A DNA stretch of 64,000 nucleotides from positions 37,572,001 to 37,636,000 of the forward strand of contig NC_088855.1 of assembly GCF_963853765.1 (NCBI RefSeq). Direction: 5' to 3'. The stretch comes from Magallana gigas. Taxonomy: Eukaryota. A model generated the notes under the pieces. That model was not told where the DNA came from. It searched no databases and was given only the letters and a program-made list of their open reading frames with translations. Of the stretch, positions 1 to 12,802 are shown piece after piece; position 1 is the first letter of the stretch, and each line of letters starts with the position of its first letter. Position numbers and translations under genes: made by a program.

Positions 1-462
1 TTGGCATGCATTTAATATGATTTGACAGTTCTTAGTAAAAAGAGGTGTTTGAAAATGGATAACTACGGGTATCTATAAATAAGAAATATTTCTTCCAAGA
101 AAGACCGATGTTGCTCTGCTTTTATAGAACAAGTAAATCTAACATCATATATTTGGAGAAAAATTTATTGAATAAAAATAAAATTGTCTATAGAAGTTGC
201 ATCTTAGGATTTAAATATGTTTTGTTCTTTTAATTAATTTTTCTTTTTATGATCACGGCAGAAATGTCCTCTAGAGTATGCATTTACATGATCGAAACGG
301 GAAAAATGCCATACAATCTTGATCTTTCTGACCATGCACACGATCAAATTGGAGAAGCAACATCACTTTTACAACGTATATTTATGTCTTTATTTCAATA
401 TAATATTATTTGTCTTTCGTGTAATACGTGAGAAATTATTATGTAAATTTTGACCAAGGTAA

Positions 463-939
<477 letters not shown>

Positions 940-976
940 AAAGTCAGCTCTGTCGACTTTTTTGTCTATACCAAAC

Positions 977-992
977 GGCCGTTTTCACGGCC
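977..992 (+). terminator. Histone 3' stem-loop of H2A (GGCCGT-TTTC-ACGGCC) followed by ACCCA and downstream element
   Basis: 6-bp stem and 4-nt loop ~38 nt after the stop, then ACCCA and TTTTCGAAAAGATG. Other copies at 10001, 18826, 32121, 40946, 49771, 63683. Confidence 0.93.
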
Positions 993-1327
993 ACCCATAT
1001 TTTTCGAAAAGATGCCTCTATAATATGCAGTGTACATGCACATAAGCATTTATATAAAAAGCACACGTAGATACACGCTTCTTAGATTATCGAGACAACG
1101 GTATATATTAGCGTGCGTGCAGTTGCTTTCAAGAAAAAAGAAACACACACACACACATTAATTTAAAACTGTCTGTGTTCAATATTTTGATTCCGATTTG
1201 CACATTCTATTTGTATTTCGATTAATTTCATTTCTATTACGCTGTCAATTAATATACCATCCTCGTCCCTGACTGCATGTAATCAACGTTTTCCCCGATT
1301 TAATTTTGTAAAGGAAATCGCCAGACT

Positions 1328-1332
<5 letters not shown>

Positions 1333-1368
<36 letters not shown>
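1333..1368. repeat. (AG)18 microsatellite in the H2A-H1 spacer
   Basis: Read directly. Copies start at 10357, 19182, 32477, 41302, 50127. Confidence 0.97.
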
Positions 1369-1372
<4 letters not shown>

Positions 1373-1648
1373 ATAAATATAAAAAAAATAAATAAATAGA
1401 CACTTGGCGCATATAGATGATACAGACTATGGAGAAATTCACGTGAATGTTCGCACAATTTGCGTGCTGTATATTTAACCAGGTCGTTAATTAATAACAT
1501 TTCTAACTGAACTGATTTTGTGTGCTTGGATAACGACTTGTCGTATAAAAGGAAATATACAATTCTAGGTTTCTGTGTTTATATAACTGAAGTGTTTGAA
1601 ACCCATTGATAAGAAACGTATATATATACACACATGCATACTCTGTCA

Positions 1649-1848
1649 NNNNNNNNNNNNNNNNNNNNNNNNNNNNNNNNNNNNNNNNNNNNNNNNNNNN
1701 NNNNNNNNNNNNNNNNNNNNNNNNNNNNNNNNNNNNNNNNNNNNNNNNNNNNNNNNNNNNNNNNNNNNNNNNNNNNNNNNNNNNNNNNNNNNNNNNNNNN
1801 NNNNNNNNNNNNNNNNNNNNNNNNNNNNNNNNNNNNNNNNNNNNNNNN
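1649..1848. other. Assembly gap (200 N)
   Basis: The flanks (...ctctgtca / cataaatg...) are contiguous in other units, so no unit sequence is missing relative to the consensus. Confidence 0.99.
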
Positions 1849-2043
1849 CATAAATGTTAAATTATTACGATTCATATGTACTTATACTCGATGAAGTGCT
1901 ACTGTGAATGATACATTTATGTCAGAGATCAATGATATTGAAAGCTAGGGGTGAATATTGTATAAATTGTATGTGCATTAATTTCGAAATCTACATCTGT
2001 ATAGGCTTATGGATATATCTATAAATGCAATCTGATGTACATG

Positions 2044-2046
<3 letters not shown>

Positions 2047-2084
<38 letters not shown>
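2047..2084. repeat. Poly-T tract (38 nt) in the H2A-H1 spacer
   Basis: Read directly; also 38 T in the next unit (10871-10908). Confidence 0.95.
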
Positions 2085-2085
<1 letters not shown>

Positions 2086-2410
2086 GAGGTAGCTCGAGAT
2101 AATAAGTTTACGATTTTTGCCTCACACGTTGCTGGTAGATGGTTTCAATCAAATCTACAGTATTAGAATTAATATAGGATGAAAAATTAAACGAGAGATC
2201 ATGCAAATACCAATGTGGGATGAAATGTGTGTTCTGTGAATAAGTGTTTTAACTTCGCATGCTGGTCGCATGCCATTCTTGGAAAAGTTTATTACATATT
2301 TGGTACCGCATATTATTTCTTTCTAATTTAAGGTAATGGTGTACACTCTGAGGCGCAGCTAAACCATTCGGTACGATAAAAAAAGATAGGTTCGCGATGA
2401 ATACAAAAAA

Positions 2411-2431
2411 TGAATGAATGAATGAATGAAA
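2411..2431. repeat. (TGAA)n short tandem repeat upstream of H1
   Basis: tgaatgaatgaatgaatgaa; repeated in each unit. Confidence 0.85.
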
Positions 2432-3083
2432 TGGATTTTTAAAATAAAAATTCTTTTTTACAAATTTTAGTTTGTTTAATTAATTAGTGAAGGAATAAAG
2501 GAATGGAATTTTTTTTTCTTTGTCGGATTACAATTCGTATATAAGCAAAACGATTTTACAGCGTATTTTGCACTAGAATGCTGCGTGTAATAGATAAACT
2601 AACATATAGTTTTTCCTTTGTCAAATTTGATATTTATGTGTTGGTCTCATTTGTTCTATCCGACAGGTTTTTAAATTTATAATCATTTCTAGAGTAAACA
2701 TTTTCCCGGCACGCATTTTTGTGTGGCGTGTTTCTGGATGCACGGAGCTGTCGCGTGTTTCGTTAAAAAAGAAACATGAATTACTTCACCCCACAATAAA
2801 CGACATTGAGTATACATGTCTCAGTAAGTGAACAGGTTATAGCCCTGAATAAGTTGTAAAAAATTATAATTTTTAGAGAGATTGCGCGACTTTTAGCTGT
2901 CTGTGCAGTTGCAAAATGATAGTCTGGCCTATGTTTTCGTTTAATTTTAAATATTTTCGTGATATTTTTACGGGCGAAACGCAGATAATACTTTACAGAT
3001 ATATCCACATTACGTGTTTTTAGTAGAATAGTTACAATTGCGGCCTATGAAACGTCGAAACAAGGATGCAAACACCAACATCA

Positions 3084-3149
3084 AAACACACATCGACCTC
3101 AGTATGAACAAGCGCTTCGATTTTAGGGGATGTTTTCGAGGACGTCCGC
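3084..3149 (+). promoter_or_regulatory. H1 promoter: H1-box (AAACACA, 3084-3090) and H4-box-like TCGAGGACGTCC (3136-3147)
   Basis: AAACACA is the known H1 AC-box. TCG-AGGA-CGTCC resembles the TCANNNNGGTCC H4-site-II-like box of H1.0-type promoters (2 mismatches). No clear CCAAT or TATA nearby. Confidence 0.5.
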
Positions 3150-3246
3150 GCTCGATGTAAACAAAAACAGCGAGTGCTTGTGACCCCATTATTTCCTCGT
3201 CTTAGTTCGCAGTGAATAGAACGCCGTTTCCATTTCGTCCGAAACC

Positions 3247-3837
3247 ATGGCAGATACAGCAACCACAACCCCAGCCAAGAAGAAGGTTACAAAGCCTAAG
3301 GTGCCAGCAGCGCACCCCAAGTACGTTGACATGATCAGGGCCGCCCTGGAATCTTTGAAAGAGCGTGGCGGATCTTCCAGACAAGCCATTCTAAAGTACA
3401 TAATGGCCAACTACAAAGTCGGCAACGACGTCAACTCCATCAACGCCCACTTGAAAATGGCTCTGAAGAACGGAGTGAAGAAAGGTGCTCTGAAACAAGC
3501 CAAGGGCACAGGCGCCAGTGGCTCCTTCAAGCTTGGTGACAAGCCCAAGACTGAGAAGAAGCCAAAGGCCAAGAAAGTTGCCAAGCCTAAGGCAGCAAAA
3601 CCCAAGAAGGCCGCAGCAGCAAAACCAAAGAAGGTAGCCGGAGAGAAAAAGACTGCAGAGAAGAAGAAGAAGTCCCCCAAGAAAGCAGCCGGACCGAAGA
3701 AGGTTAAGACTCCAAAGAAGAAGGCAGCAACTAAATCCCCAAAGAAGGCAGCAGCCAAGCCAAAGAAGGTCAAGACACCTAAGAAGTCAGCTGCAAAGAA
3801 AGCCAAGACTCCCAAGAAGGCAGCAGCAAAGAAATAA
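3247..3837 (+). CDS. H1: Linker histone H1 (196 aa)
   Basis: Globular winged-helix domain HPKY..MI..A...[16 protein letters not shown]...[10 protein letters not shown] and a K/A/P-rich tail with SPKK/TPKK motifs. Confidence 0.98.
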   Translation: MADTATTTPAKKKVTKPKVPAAHPKYVDMIRAALESLKERGGSSRQAILKYIMANYKVGNDVNSINAHLKMALKNGVKKGALKQAKGTGASGSFKLGDKPKTEKKPKAKKVAKPKAAKPKKAAAAKPKKVAGEKKTAEKKKKSPKKAAGPKKVKTPKKKAATKSPKKAAAKPKKVKTPKKSAAKKAKTPKKAAAKK

Positions 3838-3881
3838 GCAATTCCAGCATCACTGCAGATTGCTCACTTTAAAAAAAAAAA

Positions 3882-3897
3882 AGCCCTTTTCAGGGCT
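3882..3897 (+). terminator. Histone 3' stem-loop of H1 (AGCCCT-TTTC-AGGGCT)
   Basis: Stem-loop followed by ACCCA and TTTTCGAAAAGATG. Copies at 12706, 21531, 34826, 43651, 52476. Confidence 0.9.
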
Positions 3898-3945
3898 ACC
3901 CATATTTTTCGAAAAGATGTCTCAATTACAAATAACAAAGAAACG

Positions 3946-3950
<5 letters not shown>

Positions 3951-3978
<28 letters not shown>
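3951..3978. repeat. (GT)14 microsatellite downstream of H1
   Basis: Read directly; present in each unit. Confidence 0.95.
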
Positions 3979-5435
3979 CATAAATGTAATATTACATGCT
4001 TGGGTGCATATCTAATAAAACATAGTTTTTAAAATCGCATAAAAAAAAAGGTGACGACTGTCGGTATTCATTCCATGTATTCATTCATTCATTACTTTAT
4101 TTCTTCATTTGTATTGGAAATATCATCCATTGATTATGAATGATATAATGAACAAAAAACAGACACAAACAAAATGAATTGACGTGCATTATTACTATCT
4201 GTGCATGTTTTCCTATATTTAGAAAATGTTAGTCTCTGCACTTGACATATATTCACATGAAACATGTAATGAATATGACATTTTTAGCCTTTATATTAAA
4301 CTTGTAAAAAAAATAATATTAATGTGCAAATGATATCTTTTTTTTTAAACAATAGCATGCCCACCCTGCCTCTGTCCCCAACATTACAAAAAAAAAACAC
4401 CAAAAAACCCATAAATAACCCACCAAACACCTAACACCCCCCTTCCAAGGAGGATTTTTTTTTTTTTTCTATGAGTATAAGAATAAATAAGGGATATGAA
4501 AATATCACAAATGCGACAATCAGTCGAATGAGGCCTGTTTAATTCACAATATTTTGAATTCATATATCAGCATATAACACTTACTTTTTAATCTTTTTTA
4601 CATGCCATTGGAATGTTTTAACAGAAGAACTCATTTAAATGTAATTGTTAATTCAACAAGTACATATCTAATCATAGATGTAGGATGAGGCTGCATGCAC
4701 ATTACCTTTTTTTTTTATTTGACATGTGATTGAATTCATGCTTGTCAATCTTTTTCAAAAGCAAACAAAAAATAAATAAGGGGCATAGTCATAATTATTA
4801 TTTTGTTGAATTCTACAGGACAGGAACATGTGAAATGTGCATATACAGGATGAAATATACATGATTGTGTCAGTCACTATGAATGTGGGAACAGCAGACT
4901 ATTCTCATTTCTCTCTGCATTTACAGGATGAGTGCACTGGATTACATCCCATGGCATTTTCTGAGATATCGTGGTAAGTTTATTTATTTATTTATATATT
5001 TTGTTTTTGTTTTAATATTCTAATATGTGTACATATATATACAACGTACTTAGTGCATCTTGATTATGTATTGTTCTCTCTTCTCTAAACATTTTTGGCT
5101 TCTGAAAAAAATATATAATGCGACTCGACCTTTTAGGGTATACATATACATTATATATATCAGTTATGAATTTGATGGATGTATTTAACGGATTATAGGG
5201 CCTACATGTATGCATTGAGTTGCTATGAGTTGTTGATTTTAATCTGATTATGAACATGAAAATCGCTGAATAGTTTTAAAGACATGTATATGTTGTATTT
5301 CTATCGAAATTTGCTGTTAGTCTTATACTGGTTGCTTTTCTGTATCTCTTAAATTTAAATTTCACCGATATACGCCTAATTTTCTAAGTTCACAAATTCT
5401 GTGCAAAAGCCGGATTGAAATGATTTTGCACCGGG

Positions 5436-5565
5436 CCAATGGGCACGAGTTATTACCGACTAATCACAGGCCAGCTCTCTCAGTTAGATAACCAATGGCA
5501 ATGGTCGTTAGTGAGGGCGCGGTGATTTTGAAGGCAGACCTGTTATTCATCGACTCGGTATAAAA
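5436..5565 (+). promoter_or_regulatory. H3 promoter: CCAAT (5436-5440, 5492-5496) and TATAAAA (5559-5565)
   Basis: Two CCAAT boxes, a TATA box and a TCATTC initiator-like sequence (~5588) before the ATG at 5616; repeated in each unit. Confidence 0.8.
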
Positions 5566-5603
5566 TTTATACAGAGAGCGAACTGCCTCATTCATTCATT
5601 TGA

Positions 5604-6026
<423 letters not shown>

Positions 6027-6054
6027 ATTTCTTTGTCTCTGACAAATACAAAAC

Positions 6055-6070
6055 GGCCGTTTTCACGGCC
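6055..6070 (+). terminator. Histone 3' stem-loop of H3 (GGCCGT-TTTC-ACGGCC)
   Basis: Followed by ACCTA and TTTTAGAAAAGATG. Copies at 14879, 28174, 36999, 45824, 59744. Confidence 0.93.
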
Positions 6071-7236
6071 ACCTAAACTTTTAGAAAAGATGCCTATATT
6101 ACAATCAATGACGACTACAATTCAACGAAATTGCACAAGTAAAAAGTGCACATTTTGAAAACATGAGATTAAACCCTACACACATAATATGTACTTCTAA
6201 ACTCTGCCCTTCTTATCATATTTCACTGTGAACTACAAACATGACAATGGTCAATGGGTAGAATGATTTGATCTGACACAATATAAAAGGCCCTTCTGAA
6301 GAGAATATATTATACTATACCATACAGCTATACATATGATTGCATTGTGATTGTTTTTTTTCTCTGTAAGTTGTGCATTTAGTCATAACATTACAAGAAA
6401 AATATTGCCGGAAAATGTAGGGCTGTACTTGCATCAGTACTTAAAATTTACCGACAGAAATGTGTATGGCACATAATATTTTATAATTATTGCAACCATA
6501 TTTGATTCTTATACTACAGTCTCAGACATTCGTGCTATGATGCTCGCACATATAACTGTGTGTTATGTTAAAGAAAATATAAAGATAGTGCAATGAATTA
6601 GTTTAAAAGTAGGAAAATTCACTACTAAAAGAGCGATTCTGCATGAAATTGAAATTTGTGTAATATTTGTCCCCTGTAGTTCTTTTTTCATATTTCAGTG
6701 GTAAAGTATGTCATGAGCATGTGTTCATGTTCTTGTCGGATTTTGTTTTCTTTTATTCGGTTTCCTTGTAAAGAATGGAAAGTGTATTTTTTATCTCAAT
6801 GAAATGAACACTTGACTGAATCACTGGTGCATAATTCATCAAAAAGGGAAGAAATACACATTGAAATTACACTATAACTGAAATTGCTAAAGTAAATATC
6901 ATCATATTGCATTATGTTTTCATTTTGATATGTACTCACCGGTAAGAAAAATGATTTTTTTTTCTTTGCATGTATTTATTACTAGATTTAATACAGAATG
7001 TGTGTTTACACTTTAAAAAATGATATTAAACAAAAGCAAAATGATAATAATTATTGTGTTCCTATGTTTTGGTAAGATGTAGAAAATCTGGAACAAATGA
7101 TTTATTCAATACCACCATCCCTCTTTTTAAAAAAAAAGAAACCCAAAAAAGTTTTATTAAATATATCTTATATAACAGAAAAGTGCCTGCAGACAACATG
7201 TCAACAAACAAGCGCCGAGGCGCGTTTACACTGTAG

Positions 7237-7333
7237 CCAATCAGCGTTGAGTTTACTTATTGCTAATTTTTCCCTGCCGAACTTTTCAAGGTAGAATGCT
7301 CTCTCACGGGTCGTAAATAAAGGGCATTATAAG
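7237..7333 (+). promoter_or_regulatory. H4 promoter: CCAAT (7237-7241) and TATAAG (7328-7333)
   Basis: AGCCAATCAG box, and a TATA about 25 nt upstream of an ATCATTT initiator-like sequence; ATG at 7387. Confidence 0.7.
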
Positions 7334-7374
7334 CTATTCACGCGGCAGTAGATGATCATTTCAGTACACTCTAA

Positions 7375-7698
<324 letters not shown>

Positions 7699-7739
7699 AC
7701 AACCAACCGCCTTTGTGCTACACGCACAGGACAACAAAC

Positions 7740-7755
7740 GGCCGTTTTAACGGCC
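7740..7755 (+). terminator. Histone 3' stem-loop of H4 (GGCCGT-TTTA-ACGGCC)
   Basis: Followed by ACCAA and TTTTAGAAAAGATG. Copies at 16564, 29859, 38684, 47509, 61419. Confidence 0.93.
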
Positions 7756-7926
7756 ACCAAATTTTTAGAAAAGATGCCTCTATCACACATGTTGTGAAAT
7801 GTTGTACATACTGGGTTATGATATATGTATATCTGACATAAAGAACAGGAGTTCATGGAATACAGAAAGGGTTATTGATAAGTAGTTTATGTTAAGGCAA
7901 GGTCAAAATCACCACCCGTTCCCTAA

Positions 7927-7958
7927 CCCCCCCCCCCCCCCCCCCAAAAAAAAAAAAA
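7927..7958. repeat. C19-20/A13 homopolymer pair in the H4-H2B spacer
   Basis: C19 here and C20 in later units; this accounts for the 8824 versus 8825 period. Confidence 0.9.
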
Positions 7959-8540
7959 CAAGACACACACACATCATTGTCAATCACACCTTTCCCTGAC
8001 ATGCTTTCTATATTCAAATTTGACTAGTACTATAACTCATTCATAAATATCAATTGCACCTTATTTCATTCAACCCAACCATATTTGTATTTTTATTATT
8101 TCTTTTTTAACAATCTTGATATTTAGAATAGGGACCAAATCATTCCGTGCAGTTTAAACAAAGCAATATATTTCACCAGCTGTTAGATATAAATGTTTGG
8201 TTATTTTTTTATTCCAAAAATCTATATTATAACATGTTTAAATAGACACATAATATGTAAACATAAACACATCATTTATCGATTGTTTTCTGATATTTGA
8301 ATATCAATAAATTACAATGAAATAATATATGGGCTATTGTGGACCATATTCAAGTCTTAAAATCTGCGGAAGTGAATTATCGTTGTAACAATTAATAGGT
8401 GGGGAAATAAATTAGAATATACAGCATAGTTGTGTGCCCAGAATATGTTGTTACAGATTTATTATAACATTAGATAATAGTATTCAACAGACAGATCATA
8501 TGTTAAATTGTTCAGTCATAACTATCAGTTATGTGCCATT

Positions 8541-8588
8541 ATAAATAAACACAACTATATATAAACACAACTATAAATAAACACAACC
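8541..8588. repeat. 16-bp x3 tandem repeat ATA(A/T)ATAAACACAAC(T/C)
   Basis: ataaataaacacaact / atatataaacacaact / ataaataaacacaacc. Copies at 17366, 30661, 39486, 48311, 62223. Confidence 0.9.
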
Positions 8589-8894
8589 AATGGGAATCTT
8601 CTGTACTCTAAGACTATTACATCGAAAATAGGAGAAATATGTGGAAATCGGGCACATGTGCTGTAATTGGGAAAGATTTTGTTTTTATTGTACATGTACG
8701 TACCCCTCTGATGCATAATTTGTATTTGATGTATGTGTATTTGAGGGTTTTTTTTTTCTTCATGTATTTGTTTATTTTTCTTAAAGGACCGTTTAAGAAA
8801 TTGACAGCATTACAATGACACAACCAGTACACACAACTGAAACAGTTGTTTACTATTGCATTATAAAGATGGTAGCTTTTCGAAAAATTTGTGT

Positions 8895-8910
8895 GGCCCT
8901 GAAAAGGGCC
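8895..8910 (-). terminator. Histone 3' stem-loop of H2B (canonical GGCCCT-TTTC-AGGGCC)
   Basis: The reverse strand reads GGCCCTTTTCAGGGCC ACACA AATTTTTCGAAAAGCT. Copies at 17720, 31015, 39840, 48665, 62577. Confidence 0.95.
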
Positions 8911-8943
8911 GTTTTGTTTTATCAAACTGCCACTGCTTGCAGT

Positions 8944-9315
8944 TTACTTGCTGCTGGTGTACTTGGTGACAGCCTTGGTGCCTTCAGAGACAGCGTGCTT
9001 GGCCAATTCACCGGGCAGGAGAAGACGGACTGCAGTCTGGATTTCTCTGCTGGTGATGGTTGAGCGTTTGTTGTAGTGGGCCAGGCGGGAAGCCTCGGCG
9101 GCGATTCTCTCAAAGATGTCATTGACGAAAGAATTCATGATGCTCATGGCCTTGCTGGAAACTCCAGTGTCAGGGTGCACCTGCTTCAGGACTTTGTAGA
9201 TGTAGATAGCGTAGGATTCCCTCCTCCTCCTGCGCTTTTTCTTGTCCCCAGTTCTCTGGGCCTTGGCCTTGGTGGCGGCTTTCTTAGCTCCTTTAGATCC
9301 GACTTTGGGTGGCAT
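8944..9315 (-). CDS. H2B: Histone H2B (123 aa)
   Basis: [13 protein letters not shown]...[21 protein letters not shown]...TKYTSSK. True ATG at 9315; the ORF track extends 58 codons upstream through the promoter. Confidence 0.98.
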   Translation of the reverse strand: MPPKVGSKGAKKAATKAKAQRTGDKKKRRRRRESYAIYIYKVLKQVHPDTGVSSKAMSIMNSFVNDIFERIAAEASRLAHYNKRSTITSREIQTAVRLLLPGELAKHAVSEGTKAVTKYTSSK

Positions 9316-9963
<648 letters not shown>

Positions 9964-10351
9964 AAAGTCAGCTCTGTCGACTTTTTTGTCTATACCAAAC
10001 GGCCGTTTTCACGGCCACCCATATTTTTCGAAAAGATGCCTCTATAATATGCAGTGTACATGCACATAAGCATTTATATAAAAAGCACACGTAGATACAC
10101 GCTTCTTAGATTATCGAGACAACGGTATATATTAGCGTGCGTGCAGTTGCTTTCAAGAAAAAAGAAACACACACACACACATTAATTTAAAACTGTCTGT
10201 GTTCAATATTTTGATTCCGATTTGCACATTCTATTTGTATTTCGATTAATTTCATTTCTATTACGCTGTCAATTAATATACCATCCTCGTCCCTGACTGC
10301 ATGTAATCAACGTTTTCCCCGATTTAATTTTGTAAAGGAAATCGCCAGACT

Positions 10352-10396
<45 letters not shown>

Positions 10397-10867
10397 ATAA
10401 ATATAAAAAAAATAAATAAATAGACACTTGGCGCATATAGATGATACAGACTATGGAGAAATTCACGTGAATGTTCGCACAATTTGCGTGCTGTATATTT
10501 AACCAGGTCGTTAATTAATAACATTTCTAACTGAACTGATTTTGTGTGCTTGGATAACGACTTGTCGTATAAAAGGAAATATACAATTCTAGGTTTCTGT
10601 GTTTATATAACTGAAGTGTTTGAAACCCATTGATAAGAAACGTATATATATACACACATGCATACTCTGTCACATAAATGTTAAATTATTACGATTCATA
10701 TGTACTTATACTCGATGAAGTGCTACTGTGAATGATACATTTATGTCAGAGATCAATGATATTGAAAGCTAGGGGTGAATATTGTATAAATTGTATGTGC
10801 ATTAATTTCGAAATCTACATCTGTATAGGCTTATGGATATATCTATAAATGCAATCTGATGTACATG

Positions 10868-10909
<42 letters not shown>

Positions 10910-12070
10910 GAGGTAGCTCGAGATAATAAGTTTACGATTTTTGCCTCACACGTTGCTGGTAGATGGTTTCAATCAAATCTACAGTATTAGAATTAATATA
11001 GGATGAAAAATTAAACGAGAGATCATGCAAATACCAATGTGGGATGAAATGTGTGTTCTGTGAATAAGTGTTTTAACTTCGCATGCTGGTCGCATGCCAT
11101 TCTTGGAAAAGTTTATTACATATTTGGTACCGCATATTATTTCTTTCTAATTTAAGGTAATGGTGTACACTCTGAGGCGCAGCTAAACCATTCGGTACGA
11201 TAAAAAAAGATAGGTTCGCGATGAATACAAAAAATGAATGAATGAATGAATGAAATGGATTTTTAAAATAAAAATTCTTTTTTACAAATTTTAGTTTGTT
11301 TAATTAATTAGTGAAGGAATAAAGGAATGGAATTTTTTTTTCTTTGTCGGATTACAATTCGTATATAAGCAAAACGATTTTACAGCGTATTTTGCACTAG
11401 AATGCTGCGTGTAATAGATAAACTAACATATAGTTTTTCCTTTGTCAAATTTGATATTTATGTGTTGGTCTCATTTGTTCTATCCGACAGGTTTTTAAAT
11501 TTATAATCATTTCTAGAGTAAACATTTTCCCGGCACGCATTTTTGTGTGGCGTGTTTCTGGATGCACGGAGCTGTCGCGTGTTTCGTTAAAAAAGAAACA
11601 TGAATTACTTCACCCCACAATAAACGACATTGAGTATACATGTCTCAGTAAGTGAACAGGTTATAGCCCTGAATAAGTTGTAAAAAATTATAATTTTTAG
11701 AGAGATTGCGCGACTTTTAGCTGTCTGTGCAGTTGCAAAATGATAGTCTGGCCTATGTTTTCGTTTAATTTTAAATATTTTCGTGATATTTTTACGGGCG
11801 AAACGCAGATAATACTTTACAGATATATCCACATTACGTGTTTTTAGTAGAATAGTTACAATTGCGGCCTATGAAACGTCGAAACAAGGATGCAAACACC
11901 AACATCAAAACACACATCGACCTCAGTATGAACAAGCGCTTCGATTTTAGGGGATGTTTTCGAGGACGTCCGCGCTCGATGTAAACAAAAACAGCGAGTG
12001 CTTGTGACCCCATTATTTCCTCGTCTTAGTTCGCAGTGAATAGAACGCCGTTTCCATTTCGTCCGAAACC

Positions 12071-12661
12071 ATGGCAGATACAGCAACCACAACCCCAGCC
12101 AAGAAGAAGGTTACAAAGCCTAAGGTGCCAGCAGCGCACCCCAAGTACGTTGACATGATCAGGGCCGCCCTGGAATCTTTGAAAGAGCGTGGCGGATCTT
12201 CCAGACAAGCCATTCTAAAGTACATAATGGCCAACTACAAAGTCGGCAACGACGTCAACTCCATCAACGCCCACTTGAAAATGGCTCTGAAGAACGGAGT
12301 GAAGAAAGGTGCTCTGAAACAAGCCAAGGGCACAGGCGCCAGTGGCTCCTTCAAGCTTGGTGACAAGCCCAAGACTGAGAAGAAGCCAAAGGCCAAGAAA
12401 GTTGCCAAGCCTAAGGCAGCAAAACCCAAGAAGGCCGCAGCAGCAAAACCAAAGAAGGTAGCCGGAGAGAAAAAGACTGCAGAGAAGAAGAAGAAGTCCC
12501 CCAAGAAAGCAGCCGGACCGAAGAAGGTTAAGACTCCAAAGAAGAAGGCAGCAACTAAATCCCCAAAGAAGGCAGCAGCCAAGCCAAAGAAGGTCAAGAC
12601 ACCTAAGAAGTCAGCTGCAAAGAAAGCCAAGACTCCCAAGAAGGCAGCAGCAAAGAAATAA
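12071..12661 (+). CDS. H1: Linker histone H1
   Basis: Same protein as 3247-3837. Confidence 0.98.
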   Translation: MADTATTTPAKKKVTKPKVPAAHPKYVDMIRAALESLKERGGSSRQAILKYIMANYKVGNDVNSINAHLKMALKNGVKKGALKQAKGTGASGSFKLGDKPKTEKKPKAKKVAKPKAAKPKKAAAAKPKKVAGEKKTAEKKKKSPKKAAGPKKVKTPKKKAATKSPKKAAAKPKKVKTPKKSAAKKAKTPKKAAAKK

Positions 12662-12769
12662 GCAATTCCAGCATCACTGCAGATTGCTCACTTTAAAAAA
12701 AAAAAAGCCCTTTTCAGGGCTACCCATATTTTTCGAAAAGATGTCTCAATTACAAATAACAAAGAAACG

Positions 12770-12802
<33 letters not shown>

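Noticed and set aside
249-431. 60-aa ORF in the unique left flank
   Set aside because: AT-rich, short and without a recognisable motif.
2700-2762. GC-richer island with an ATTTTTG Sm-site-like motif upstream of H1
   Set aside because: No convincing hairpin or similarity to U7 or spliceosomal snRNAs by eye; an Infernal scan would settle it.
4360-4470. A/C-rich strand-asymmetric tract in the H1-H3 spacer
   Set aside because: Low-complexity sequence without periodicity, termini or TSD.
6933-6946. Back-to-back splice-donor-like motifs (TACTCAC-CG-GTAAG) and other isolated GTAAGT or TTTCAG motifs in spacers
   Set aside because: No paired acceptor or open exon; such motifs are frequent in AT-rich DNA.
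7921-7929. CCCTAACCC telomere-like motif
   Set aside because: A single unit abutting a C homopolymer, altered in the variant unit; chance.
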